Below are positions 8,951-20,623 of a stretch of 64,000 bases of DNA, piece by piece. This stretch comes from an uncultured delta proteobacterium. Its GTDB lineage: Bacteria; Myxococcota_A; Polyangia; Polyangiales; B10-G4. Position 1 is the first letter of the stretch, and every line of letters begins with the position of its first letter. A program made the position numbers and the translations under genes. The stretch is taken from positions 224,001-288,000 of the forward strand of contig CAVSGI010000020.1 in NCBI GenBank assembly GCA_963727445.1. Direction: 5' to 3'. Below the pieces are notes generated by a model, which had not been told where the DNA came from, searched no databases, and saw only the letters and a list, made by a program, of their open reading frames with translations.

Positions 8951-10813
8951 TTGAAGAAGAAGCTGCGCCGTTTTCTCCCCCTGCTCGCCCTCGGCCTCGT
9001 CCTCGGGCTTTTCGCCACCTCCATCGCCGTCCGTGTCGATCCCTCGCCGCCCCCGGCGCCCGAGGCCGTGCTCGCGGTCGATCCGCCCACCGGGGCCATC
9101 CTGGTGGACCTCGACGACGACGTGGGCGACGTGGCGCGGAGCCGCGTCATCGGTCTCCTCGACCGAGCGATCGCCCCCTTCGACTGGCCGACCAATGGGA
9201 GCGCCCTCGGCGAGACGCTCTCGGGTGACGCGGAGCTCTTCCGGCTGACGCCCCCCGCGAGCGAGGTGGACGACGTGCTCCGCGCGCTCTCCCACGACGA
9301 CGCCGTGGAGGCCGTGGAGGTCGAGCGGACCTGGAGCCTGCCCGAAGGCGCGGACGCCGTGTCCTTCGCCGCCGAGGACGCGGCGCCGACGGACGCCGAC
9401 GACAGCCGCGGTCCCTTCCGCCCCAACGATCCCTACTACAAGCATCAGTGGCACCTCGATCAAATCCAGATGCCCGCTGCCTGGACCCGCAGCCGCGGAC
9501 GGGGCGCAGTGGTGGCGATCCTGGACACGGGGGTGCTCTATCGGACCTCCGGTCCCTACCGTCAGGCGCCCGATCTCGCGAACACCCGCTTCGTGGAGGG
9601 CTTCGACGCGATCGGTCGTGATGGCAGCCCCGACGACGAGCACGGTCACGGCACCCACGTCGCAGGCACCGTCGCTCAATCCACCAACAACGGCCTCGGC
9701 GTCGCTGGGGTGGCGCCCGAAGCGGCGCTGATGCCGGTGCGCGTCCTCGACGCCCGGGGCTCCGGGGGCTGGGGCTCGTTGGCGGCCGGCATTCGCTACG
9801 CCGCCGACAACGGCGCCGACGTGATCAACATGTCGCTCGGCGGCGGGATGCCCTCCCAGGTCGTCCGTCGCGCCATCGACTACGCCCACGACAAGGGCGT
9901 GGTGATCGTCGCCGCCGCCGGCAACGCGTCCAAGTCCAAGGTCGAGTACCCGGCGGCCTACGACCACGTGATCGCCGTCGGCGCCGTGCGTTTCGACGAG
10001 CAGCTCTCGTTCTACAGCTCCTACGGTCGCGGCCTCGACGTGGTCGCCCCAGGCGGCGACCTCCGCGTCGACCAGAACGGCGACGGGATGCCCGACGGTG
10101 TCCTTCAGAACACCATGGTGCGCGGCCGTCCCGACCAGCACGACTATCTCGCCTACCAGGGAACCTCCATGGCGACCCCGCACGTCGCGGGGGTCGCTGC
10201 GCTCCTCAAGGCCTCGGGCGTCACCGATCCCGACGCCGTCGAGCGCATCCTGACGAGCACGGCCAAGAAGAAGCGCGACACGCGGCGCTACGCGAACGGT
10301 CTGATCCAGGCCGACGCGGCCCTCGCCCGCGCCCAGGATCAGACCGGCGGGACCCGGGGCGCCCTCGCGCTCCTGATGGGCTTCGGTCTGCTCTTCGGGC
10401 TCGCGCGGCGAAAGAAGCTGAGCGCCCCCCTCGCGCCGACGCTCGCCGTCGCTGCGATCCTCGCGGGCGGCCTTGCGCTTCTGCCCCTGAACCTGCTGCC
10501 TTTCCAGCTCGAGTCCTGGTCTGCAGGCGGGCTTCCGGGCGCCCTCGCGACCCTCGGCGGCGCCTGGCTCGCGCCGCTCGCCCTGAGCGCCCTCGTCCCC
10601 TTCGGCCTCGCGGCGACCCTCCTGGGCCGGCGTGGGGCTGCTCCGATCGTCGTGGGCACCTCCATCGCCTTCGCGGCCTGGCTGACCCTCGAGGCCATCC
10701 TGCCGACCGTCCACATGGCGCTCCTTCCGGCGTGGCTCGTCGGCCCCTGGCTCCTGATCCAGGCCGCCATCGCCGCCGTCCTCGCGCGACTGGCCGCCAC
10801 CCGGCCTCGCTGA
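8951..10813 (+). CDS. S8 subtilisin/thermitase-like serine peptidase with C-terminal membrane helices
   Basis: Catalytic triad ILDTG, HGTHVAG, GTSMATPHVAG; AAAGN; TTG start inferred. Confidence 0.9.
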   Translation: MKKKLRRFLPLLALGLVLGLFATSIAVRVDPSPPPAPEAVLAVDPPTGAILVDLDDDVGDVARSRVIGLLDRAIAPFDWPTNGSALGETLSGDAELFRLTPPASEVDDVLRALSHDDAVEAVEVERTWSLPEGADAVSFAAEDAAPTDADDSRGPFRPNDPYYKHQWHLDQIQMPAAWTRSRGRGAVVAILDTGVLYRTSGPYRQAPDLANTRFVEGFDAIGRDGSPDDEHGHGTHVAGTVAQSTNNGLGVAGVAPEAALMPVRVLDARGSGGWGSLAAGIRYAADNGADVINMSLGGGMPSQVVRRAIDYAHDKGVVIVAAAGNASKSKVEYPAAYDHVIAVGAVRFDEQLSFYSSYGRGLDVVAPGGDLRVDQNGDGMPDGVLQNTMVRGRPDQHDYLAYQGTSMATPHVAGVAALLKASGVTDPDAVERILTSTAKKKRDTRRYANGLIQADAALARAQDQTGGTRGALALLMGFGLLFGLARRKKLSAPLAPTLAVAAILAGGLALLPLNLLPFQLESWSAGGLPGALATLGGAWLAPLALSALVPFGLAATLLGRRGAAPIVVGTSIAFAAWLTLEAILPTVHMALLPAWLVGPWLLIQAAIAAVLARLAATRPR

Positions 10814-11044
10814 CCCTCACGCACCCAGGCGCCTCCACTCCGCTTCCAATTTTCCAGGCGCTACTTCCTCTCGAGAGTGCGAAACACGGTTCGCGCCGGC
10901 CGCGTTCCATGACACGGATGTCATGGGTGGGCGGGGGATCCGCCAGCACCCCCGCGCGCCCCTCCGCCGGCCGAATTCGACAACCACTCGGAATCCTGGC
11001 GTCTTTCGGCTGACGAGACCGATCCGTCGATCCGGTTGCCAGAT

Positions 11045-11060
11045 TGGCATCGCGGTTGCT
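11045..11060 (+). promoter_or_regulatory. Sigma-54 (-24/-12) promoter
   Basis: TGGCATCGCGGTTGCT: GG and GC separated by exactly 10 nt; one mismatch to TGGCAC-N5-TTGCW. Confidence 0.7.
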
Positions 11061-11070
11061 TCAGAGACGG

Positions 11071-11295
11071 AAACAAGAAGGGCGGTCACCCGCCCCTCAC
11101 ACTTCGAGCTTACTTGGCCCTTTGACTCTCTTCTTCTTTTTCGAGGGCACCCCGTCAGTCGAACTGCTTGCCCGGCATGGATGGCTGACCCGGGGCCCTC
11201 TCTGAACGCTTCGCTTTCAGCTGCTTAGTTTCTTACTTTCTTCTTCTTTCATCTGGCCAACCCGGGGAGCTCGAATGGCCTCTCCGGGTTGCCCT
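11071..11295 (+). ncRNA. Candidate sigma-54-dependent structured small RNA
   Basis: No credible ORF; hairpins 11077-11098, 11143-11200, 11255-11293 separated by duplicated CTTACTT and TCTTCTTCTTT tracts. Confidence 0.5.
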
Positions 11296-11409
11296 TAGAG
11301 AAATAGTCTAAGACTACGATACGCCGAGCGCCATGGTCATGGCCCTCGGCGTCGTCGTTTGCGAACACTGGCTTGGAACGCAGCGGGAGCCTTCGGTATT
11401 CTCCCGGCC

Positions 11410-11850
11410 ATGCGACGCCTCCTCTTTCTGGCCTTCGGCACCCTCCTCGGCCTGGGCCTCAGCGGCTGCGGGACCCTCGTCAACGACCTCCAGGAGGCTG
11501 AAAGCTCCTATGACGAGGCGCGTTACGACGACGCGGAGGTATGGCTCGCGGACATCGGCACCAACGTCGCCAAGCTCGATCAGGAGCATCGGGCCCGCTT
11601 CTATTACGTCCGGGGGATGACGGCCTATCGCCTGGGACATCGCAACGACGCGCTGCACTACCTCGCGCTGGCGCGCGAGGAGAGTGGCGAGTCGGAGGCC
11701 GCCTCCCATCTGCCGACGGAGAAGCGGCACATCATGGACCGAACTCTGGCCGAGCTCACGCCGCACACGGCCACGCACCACGCCAACGCGGCGGGGGCCG
11801 AGGAGTCGGACTCGGAACCGGCGTCGGAAGGCGAGCCGGCGGACGAGTAG
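11410..11850 (+). CDS. Lipoprotein with TPR-like helices
   Basis: Lipobox LSGC; YYVRGMTAYRLG TPR-like pattern. Confidence 0.7.
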   Translation: MRRLLFLAFGTLLGLGLSGCGTLVNDLQEAESSYDEARYDDAEVWLADIGTNVAKLDQEHRARFYYVRGMTAYRLGHRNDALHYLALAREESGESEAASHLPTEKRHIMDRTLAELTPHTATHHANAAGAEESDSEPASEGEPADE

Positions 11851-11870
11851 GCGCCGGCTCGCGGCGGGCG

Positions 11871-12068
11871 TCAGCCCGTGGAACGTAGGTGGCTGAGGGC
11901 GTCCTTGGCGGCCAGCTTCTGCTTCTTCAGCTGCTGTCTTTCGACCTGCTCCGACACCGAGAGGTGGAGGCGGGAATCGAGCTCCTGAACACGGGCCTTG
12001 AGCTCCTGGTGCTTGTGCTCCAGGTGTGCTGCCTGTTTCGAGGCGCTGACGGGTCGCGACTTGCGCAT
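11871..12068 (-). CDS. DUF465/YdcH-family small coiled-coil protein
   Basis: EHKHQELKARVQEL...QLKKQKLAAKD; AGGGAG SD. Confidence 0.75.
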   Translation of the reverse strand: MRKSRPVSASKQAAHLEHKHQELKARVQELDSRLHLSVSEQVERQQLKKQKLAAKDALSHLRSTG

Positions 12069-12314
12069 GGACACTCCCTTGTTTTCTTCGCGAGAGCCCC
12101 TCGCGGAGCGCCCGCTACCGATTACGCCAAGAAGAAAAGAGAGCAGCCGACAGGGCGTCGACCGGAGAATCGACAATAGGGGACGGAAGGCGCTCTTGCA
12201 ACGGACATGTGTCAGCCGTCCATCGAACATTCATGGTCCGCCGAGCGTTGCCAGAAGCGCGCCAACGTGAATACTGCGGTGCCAATTCCGGTCCGAGAGC
12301 CGAGTGGAGCATCG

Positions 12315-13031
12315 ATGACACTTTCACCTTCCAGCCGCGCTGTTCTCTTCGCCGCGATGTCCGCTGTCGTCGCGATCGGCGTCGTCGCCACCTATCCGCG
12401 ATCGGGTAGAGCACAAGAGCACGCGGACGCCCCCACGGTGGCGGGCGCGGTCCAGGCTTTCTACAATCAGACCAAGGGCGTTCAGACGTCGTTCTATCAG
12501 ACGTACTTCAACAAGCTCTACGACCGCTACGATCGTTCGCGCGGCACGGTCACCTTCAGCAAGCCCGGCAAGATGCGCTGGGACTACGCGCGGCCGAACG
12601 GCAAGGTCATCGCCAGCGACGGCAGCGCGCTCACGGTCTTCACCCCCGGCGACGAGGGGGAGCGCGGGCAGTGTTTTCGGCGCGAGATGAACGAGAGCCA
12701 GTTGCCGGCGGCGTTTTCGTTCCTCACGGGGAGCGGGCGCCTCGAAGAGGATTTTCGTTTCCGACTCCTCGATCCGGCGAGGCAGGGCTACGCCGAGGGC
12801 TACGTTCTCGAGCTCACGCCGCGCACGCCGAGCCCGCATTACGAGCGCATCCTCTTCTACGTGATGAAGCGCGATGGGCGTCCCACGGGCGTGGTGCGTC
12901 GCGTGCTGATCGTCGACTCGGCGGGCAACCGCAATCGCTTCGACTTCAGCAACATGCAATGGAACCCGCACACCTCCGCGGGAACCTTCCGCTTCACGCC
13001 TCCGGGCGGCGTGCGCTGCGTTCGCCCCTGA
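12315..13031 (+). CDS. lolA: Outer membrane lipoprotein carrier LolA
   Basis: GTVTFSKPGKMRWDY..P..KVIASDG, LELTP, C-terminal FRFTPPGGV. Confidence 0.8.
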   Translation: MTLSPSSRAVLFAAMSAVVAIGVVATYPRSGRAQEHADAPTVAGAVQAFYNQTKGVQTSFYQTYFNKLYDRYDRSRGTVTFSKPGKMRWDYARPNGKVIASDGSALTVFTPGDEGERGQCFRREMNESQLPAAFSFLTGSGRLEEDFRFRLLDPARQGYAEGYVLELTPRTPSPHYERILFYVMKRDGRPTGVVRRVLIVDSAGNRNRFDFSNMQWNPHTSAGTFRFTPPGGVRCVRP

Positions 13032-14220
13032 CCTCCGCGCGAAGAAGCGCCTCGAGGTTCGGCGCGAGCTCCGGCCAGGTGTAGAGCGCGCCGACCTTCG
13101 AAGCGCGACGCCCGAGACGACGGCGCAGCTTGTCGTCCTCCGCCAGACGATCGAGCGCTCGACAGAGCGCGCCTGGGTCACCGGGCGGGACCAGCAGCCC
13201 GCACTCGCCTTCGTCGAGGATCGATGGGATCCCCCCCGTGCGGCTCGCCACAATCGGCAGTCCATGGGTCATCGCCTCGATGAGCGCGGTGGGGACCCCT
13301 TCCTCCCGCCCGCTCTTCGCGGGGCGTGAGGGCAGGACGAAGGCGTCCGCCCCGCGGAGGTAGGCGGTCTTTTCCTCTCCAGTCAGCACCCCGACGAAGC
13401 GGATGTCGGCGCCCGTTTCTTTCGCGAGCCGTTCGAGCGACGCGCGCTCGGGGCCGTCACCGGCGATCACCAGGTCCACGTCCTTCAGCGCGGCCACCGC
13501 GCGGATGGCGTCTCCGATGCCCTTGATGGGCACGAGCCGGCCGAGGCTCAAGACGGTGAAGCGGTCGAAGCCCAGCCGCTTGCGCAGCGCGCCGCGCGCA
13601 ACGTCGAGCTTCGCCGGCGGCGTGACGCCCATCGGGCACACGTGCGCGCGTCCCGCGGCGCCCGAACGAACGAGCGGCGGCAGGAGCGAGAGGAAGCGCT
13701 CTCGGTGCTGGGGTGAGACGAAGAGCATCGAGGTCGCGCCCCGCGCTATCGACCGCGCGAGCGCGCGTCGCATCGGCAGCTGGGAGAGCAGGTGCAGGTC
13801 CGCCGAATGAAAGACGGCGAGGTGCGGCTGGTCCTGCCGGGCCCAGCCCGCGGCGAGGGCCGAGGGGAGCGCCCAGTGACTGACGATCGCGTCCCAGCGC
13901 GGCGCGCGCTCCTTCGCCGCGCGGGCCAGCTGCAGGCTGAAGGGGGCGAGCCCCAGCCACGCGCGCGGGTCGCGGGTGAGGTTGTCGGGCACGCCGCCGC
14001 CGTAGAACGTGCGCTCGAGATGGCGCGGGCGAAGGTAGGGCACCCATTCGACCGACACCCCGCCATGACGGGGAGGCGCCACCGGTTCGGGGGGCTCTGG
14101 TGCGAGGACCTCCACCGTGTGACCGCGGCCCTCGAGCGCGCGCGCGAAGCCGAGCACGAACGCACCGCTCGGGTCGCCCTCGCTGCGCGGGAAGCTGGTG
14201 GTCAACAAGCCGAGCTTCAA
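12994..14220 (-). CDS. Glycosyltransferase family 4
   Basis: LTTSFPR, GRLVPIKG, EGVPTALIEAM..GLPIVAS; TTG start overlaps upstream stop. Confidence 0.88.
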   Translation of the reverse strand: MKLGLLTTSFPRSEGDPSGAFVLGFARALEGRGHTVEVLAPEPPEPVAPPRHGGVSVEWVPYLRPRHLERTFYGGGVPDNLTRDPRAWLGLAPFSLQLARAAKERAPRWDAIVSHWALPSALAAGWARQDQPHLAVFHSADLHLLSQLPMRRALARSIARGATSMLFVSPQHRERFLSLLPPLVRSGAAGRAHVCPMGVTPPAKLDVARGALRKRLGFDRFTVLSLGRLVPIKGIGDAIRAVAALKDVDLVIAGDGPERASLERLAKETGADIRFVGVLTGEEKTAYLRGADAFVLPSRPAKSGREEGVPTALIEAMTHGLPIVASRTGGIPSILDEGECGLLVPPGDPGALCRALDRLAEDDKLRRRLGRRASKVGALYTWPELAPNLEALLRAEVRGERSARRPEA

Positions 14221-14987
14221 GACAGTCTGGCTCTCGCGCCCCGAGGCGCGTGGCCGCCGGGCAGCGGCGGGGCCTTCATGAGCGCCCGTCGGCGCAGCCA
14301 CATTCCGAGCATCACCCGGGGCAGCACGAAGAGCACGTGGCGCAGGCCGAGGCCACTCTTCTCGTCCGCGTACACCGGTCGCACCTGGACGTCCTTCACC
14401 AAGAGGCCGGCTTCTGCCGCGCGTCCGAGCAGATCGTTCGGGTAGCCGTAGCCGCGCCACACCTCGTCGAGGTTCAGGCGGTCGGCGCCACGTCGTGACA
14501 GCGCGGTGTAGCCGCACTGTGAGTCGTGGATCGGCAGACCGGTGATGAGGCGCGTCATCCAGCTGAAGAAGCGTCCGCCGAGAAAGCGAGCGCGCGGGAT
14601 GAGCGCGGGCGCGCCCGGCCAGCTGAAGCGCTCGCCCTTGGCGTAATCGGCGAGTCCCGCGGCGACCGGGCCCACCAGCGAAGGCAGATCCTCGGGATCC
14701 ATCTGGCCGTCGCCCGCCATCACAACCGCCACGTCGGCGTCGTCACCGAAGGCGACCTTGTATCCGGTGACGATCGCTGCACCGACGCCGTGATTGTCGT
14801 CGTGGCTGATGACGAGGCACCGGTGGTCTCCTGCGTGACGCGCGATGGCCGCCGTGCGATCCCTGCTCCCATCGTCGACCACGACGATGCGATCGACCCA
14901 GCCGGGCACGGAGCGGATGGTCCGCTCGATGTGCCGGCCTTCGTCGTATGCGGGGATCACGACCGCTACACGCGCGTTGCCGAACAT
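14217..14987 (-). CDS. Glycosyltransferase family 2 (polyprenol-phosphate glycosyltransferase-like)
   Basis: VVIPAYDE, VVDDGSRD, MAGDGQMDP, DSQCGY. Confidence 0.88.
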   Translation of the reverse strand: MFGNARVAVVIPAYDEGRHIERTIRSVPGWVDRIVVVDDGSRDRTAAIARHAGDHRCLVISHDDNHGVGAAIVTGYKVAFGDDADVAVVMAGDGQMDPEDLPSLVGPVAAGLADYAKGERFSWPGAPALIPRARFLGGRFFSWMTRLITGLPIHDSQCGYTALSRRGADRLNLDEVWRGYGYPNDLLGRAAEAGLLVKDVQVRPVYADEKSGLGLRHVLFVLPRVMLGMWLRRRALMKAPPLPGGHAPRGARARLS

Positions 14988-15053
14988 GGCGGCCGTTCTC
15001 TAACAGCTGCTCGCCCGTCGGGCAAGCGTCTCTCCGGCAGGCGGAGAGACCGC

Positions 15054-17093
15054 TCACTCCCGGGTGACCATCGGGACCGGCAGTGCGCTGGAGTCGAGAT
15101 TGAAATCGTTGTCGTAGTGCACGTCGGTGGTGATCCGGCTGATGTCGAATCCCTCGGTCTGCACGTTCGCGCCGATCGGATTGTCGGCTACCAGCCCGTC
15201 CCGAGCATCCGCGGTGCCGCCCGACGCCAGCTGCAGGCCGCAGAGCGCACCGCCGGTAATGGCGAAGCGGGAGACGTCGGCGTAGCCGCCTTCGAGCACG
15301 GTGAGGCCGATGCCGGCGCCGAGCTCCGGGCAGGTCGTCTCGGCGCAGAGGCGCTCTCGCGTGTCGGCGATGGTGAGATCCGACAGGGTGGCCTCGGAAG
15401 GCGCGACGCCCACGACCACCCCCGCCGCGCGACAGCGTTCGAAACGGGCCCGAGTGAGCGTGACGCTGGAGCGCAGGGACTGCATCCCGTGACCGAGCGC
15501 CCCCGAGCTCGTCTCTCCCTGCATGTCCCTGACCAGCACGTCGCTCGCGTCCAGCTGGGCGTCGTCGGTGAGGATGCCCACGTCTCCCGCTCCTTCTATG
15601 TGGAGCCTCGCCACCTCCGCTCGCGCGCCCAAACCGACGGTGAGACCGCGGCCGGCGTGCAATGGTGAGTCGGGCTGCTCCACCTGGCTCACGTCCTTTA
15701 CCCACGTGTCCTCGAGTCGAAGGACGGTGGAGCCGCCGGCGGCGAGGATCGCCGAGTCGTGAGAACGGAGCGCGACGAAGCGTCGTACCGTGACGTCGGC
15801 GCCCGAGCCCGCCAGGAGCGCGCGGCCGAAGATACCGCTGGACGGTTCGGGTTCGGTGTCGGTCACCACTACGTCCTCGAGGGTGGCCATCGAGCGCGTG
15901 GCGATCTGCAGGGCGGCGCGATGGTTGTCCGCGAGGTGCGAGCGACGCAGCTCGAGGGCGCCTTCGTTCTGCACGGCGATGCCGCCACCGAGCTCGCCAT
16001 CGGCGGTCGGTCGCGTGCGGGCGACGAGGGAGTCCTCCACCACCAGACGTGCTTCGGCGCCGTCGGCGACGGCGGCGAACTCGGTGCTCTGGTCGACGAC
16101 CACCCGTGAGGCGTGCAAGGTCGCGCCGGCCCCGACGGTGAAGGCGCGCCCCGTGCCGCTCGAGTCCTCCACCGTCCCTCGTATCACCGAGTCCTCGATC
16201 GTCACCTGCAATCCGTCGAGCAGCGCGCTGATCGCCACGCCCCGCACACCGATGATCTCGCTCTGCCGGATCGTCGCGTCGCTGCCGAAGTCGACGTTGA
16301 CGCCCCAGCCATAGGCGCCGTCGCTCGGCTGAGGCCGAACGTCGCGAACCAGGACGTCGGTGGCGTCGAGGTGGCTTCCGTCGGTGACGTTGATGGCGAG
16401 GGTGGTGGCGTCGAGGATGGCGACGCCGCGCAGCGTGAGGCTTCCGCCCATGCTCACGTCGGCCGCCTGGTTCGCGTTCACGATGGTCACGTCCTCGACC
16501 GTCACCGACGCGCGGGCGACGGAGACGCGGGCCTCGAGGACCACGTCGCTCGGGCAGGCGCCGCGGAGCTCGACGTCGCGGATCACGTCGATGGACAGAC
16601 CACCGTAGGTGCCGGCGGCAATGGCCACGATGTCGCCAGCGCCCGCCGCCCGCACGGCAGGCTGCACGTCACCGAAGGGGGCGCCCATCGTCCCGTCGCC
16701 GCCGGTCGCTCCTGCGCGCACGTAGCGCACGGTGCCCGTCGCGTCGCTCACGTCCGGCCACTCCCCGCTGCCGCACGCGTGTCCGACGCTCCGGCAGGCG
16801 CTCTCGCCGATGGCCGCGCGCTCGATGCCTTCGCAGGCCGGCAGCGAGCCACCGCTGGGCTGACAGACGGTCGCGCCCGCCTCGATTTCGCGTGGCTCCC
16901 ATCCCGCCGCGCACGGCGTCAGCGCAGGCGGCGCAGGCGGCATCGGCGCCTCGGGCTGGACGATGGACACAGCGGTGTCCGCCGCGTCCACGTCGGGCCC
17001 GGAATCGACCGTCGTCGTCGTCGAGTCACCGCAGCCCGTCGTCAGGACGAGCCCGACGAGCCCTGCGAGCATCGGCGAGGCGACGCGGGCCAC
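15054..17093 (-). CDS. Lipoprotein with right-handed parallel beta-helix
   Basis: Lipobox TTGC; RYVRAGA..GDGT...PF...AGDIVAIAAGTY entry motif followed by repeated beta-helix coils. Confidence 0.7.
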   Translation of the reverse strand: MARVASPMLAGLVGLVLTTGCGDSTTTTVDSGPDVDAADTAVSIVQPEAPMPPAPPALTPCAAGWEPREIEAGATVCQPSGGSLPACEGIERAAIGESACRSVGHACGSGEWPDVSDATGTVRYVRAGATGGDGTMGAPFGDVQPAVRAAGAGDIVAIAAGTYGGLSIDVIRDVELRGACPSDVVLEARVSVARASVTVEDVTIVNANQAADVSMGGSLTLRGVAILDATTLAINVTDGSHLDATDVLVRDVRPQPSDGAYGWGVNVDFGSDATIRQSEIIGVRGVAISALLDGLQVTIEDSVIRGTVEDSSGTGRAFTVGAGATLHASRVVVDQSTEFAAVADGAEARLVVEDSLVARTRPTADGELGGGIAVQNEGALELRRSHLADNHRAALQIATRSMATLEDVVVTDTEPEPSSGIFGRALLAGSGADVTVRRFVALRSHDSAILAAGGSTVLRLEDTWVKDVSQVEQPDSPLHAGRGLTVGLGARAEVARLHIEGAGDVGILTDDAQLDASDVLVRDMQGETSSGALGHGMQSLRSSVTLTRARFERCRAAGVVVGVAPSEATLSDLTIADTRERLCAETTCPELGAGIGLTVLEGGYADVSRFAITGGALCGLQLASGGTADARDGLVADNPIGANVQTEGFDISRITTDVHYDNDFNLDSSALPVPMVTRE

Positions 17094-17111
17094 CTCCCGA
17101 TGATACCGCGC

Positions 17112-18947
<1,836 letters not shown>

Positions 18948-19084
18948 GCCTTGGGACCTCGCCTGAAAGAAGAGGGACGCGCCCTACGGCACGGAGTGTC
19001 GCACGCCCCGCACGAAGGGCCAGCTTCGGAGGGGCCTCGGCCCCTCTTGTCGCTTCGGTTGGGTGCCTGGGATGCGCTTCGCGT

Positions 19085-20623
19085 TCAGCCGCCGGCGGCG
19101 TCGGTCTCGGCATCGGCCTCGGACTCCTCGCCCTGAGCCGGCAGGCGTCGCACCACCTCGCCGCTGGTGTCGTAGACGGTGACGGGACCGTACGCGGTGA
19201 GCGGCGCGGCGATGTCGGCGGCCTTGCCCACGACCACCACCAGGGCCTCGTCGGGCCGGATGTCCTCGCGTGCGGCGGCGAGCGCCTGGCGTGCGGTGAC
19301 CTCCCGGATCGCCGTCCGGTAGTTGTCCCAGTAGTCGTCCGGCAGGCCATAGACCCGCAGGTCGCCCACCAGGTAGGCGATCTTGCCTGGGGTGTCGATG
19401 GTCAGCGGGAAGCGGTCGCTGAGGTATCGGTGGGCGTTGGCCAGCTCCTCTTCGGAGGCCGGCTCCGAGACGATCCGATCCAGATGCTCGAAGAAGGCCT
19501 GCATCGCCTCCTCGGTGACCTCGTTGCGCACCGAGGCGTAGGCGCTGAAGGGGGCGACCTCGACCGCTTCGCCGACGCTGCTGTAGGCGCCGTAGGTCAG
19601 GCTCCGCTCCTCGCGCAGGTCCATGAAGAGGCGCGACGCCGCCGAGCCACCGAGGACCTGGTTGGCGACCTTGAGGGGGATGTAGCTGGGGTTGTCGCGC
19701 TCGAGGGCGAGGTTGCCGATGCGAATCACCGACTGCACCGACTCGGGGCGGTCGACCACGACGACCTCGCGCGCCTCGCGCACCGGCGGCTCGGGATAGT
19801 CGACCTCGGGCACGTCGCCGCGATGCCAGCGCCCGAAGGCCTCGCCCGCGGCGTTCATCACGTCCTCGTTGCTGACCGCGCCCACCACCACGAGAGCGGC
19901 GTTGTTGGGGACGAAGTGCTGGTGGTGCCAGCGCGCGAGATCGGTGCGGCGAACGCGCTGCACCACCTCGCGGGTGGTGTCGACGCGCGCGTAGGGGTGC
20001 TCACCGTAGAGGTGACGGTAGAAGGCCTGAGTCGCGAGGAAGTTGGGGTCGTTTTGCTGGAGCGTGAGCCGATCGATCTCGCGGCGCTTCAGCTTTGCCA
20101 GCTCGTCGTTGCGGAACGCGGGATTCATGGCGACGTCCGCGAGGATCTCCATCGCCTCGTCGAGCTGGTCGGCCAGCGCGCGCATCCCGATGTAGACGTT
20201 CTCTTCGTCGTCGCTGACCCACAGGTCGGCTCCGAGGAACTCGACCTCCTCGGCCAGGCGTGCGCTCGGACGGGTGCGGGTACCCTCCTTGAGCATCGCA
20301 CCCACGAGGTGCGCCATCCCGGGCCTGTCGGTGGGGTCCGCTTCCCCGCCGCTCTTGATGATCAGGCGGAGGTAGACCACGGGGAGCTGGTCCCACTCCA
20401 CGGTGTCGACCTCGAGGCCGGAGTCGGTGGAGGCGCGCGTGATCGGCGGGAAGGACACGTCCCGGGCCGGACCGGAGGCGGGCGGCTCCTGGCGCGCCGG
20501 CTCGTTCGCAGCCTGCTCGGTCTCGTCGTGGTGTTCGACCTGGTCGGTGTTGGTCTGCGCGCCGCCGCATCCCAGCAGGGAGCCGAGGGCGAGGAGGGTG
20601 GTGATTCGAGTGACGCGCTTCAT
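19085..20623 (-). CDS. M16 (insulinase) family non-catalytic subunit, lipoprotein
   Basis: Lipobox LLGC; lacks HxxEH (HLVGAML); SRLFMDLREERSLTY motif. Confidence 0.85.
   Translation of the reverse strand: MKRVTRITTLLALGSLLGCGGAQTNTDQVEHHDETEQAANEPARQEPPASGPARDVSFPPITRASTDSGLEVDTVEWDQLPVVYLRLIIKSGGEADPTDRPGMAHLVGAMLKEGTRTRPSARLAEEVEFLGADLWVSDDEENVYIGMRALADQLDEAMEILADVAMNPAFRNDELAKLKRREIDRLTLQQNDPNFLATQAFYRHLYGEHPYARVDTTREVVQRVRRTDLARWHHQHFVPNNAALVVVGAVSNEDVMNAAGEAFGRWHRGDVPEVDYPEPPVREAREVVVVDRPESVQSVIRIGNLALERDNPSYIPLKVANQVLGGSAASRLFMDLREERSLTYGAYSSVGEAVEVAPFSAYASVRNEVTEEAMQAFFEHLDRIVSEPASEEELANAHRYLSDRFPLTIDTPGKIAYLVGDLRVYGLPDDYWDNYRTAIREVTARQALAAAREDIRPDEALVVVVGKAADIAAPLTAYGPVTVYDTSGEVVRRLPAQGEESEADAETDAAGG

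Noticed and set aside
11181..11228. Short ORF MADPGPSLNASLSAA in the sRNA candidate
   Set aside because: No SD and start buried in a stem; cannot be fully excluded without Ribo-seq
18948..19084. glmS ribozyme upstream of glmS
   Set aside because: Only loose AAGCGC and GAC..GAGG resemblance; the conserved AGCGCC, GACGAGG and AUCGAA core is absent
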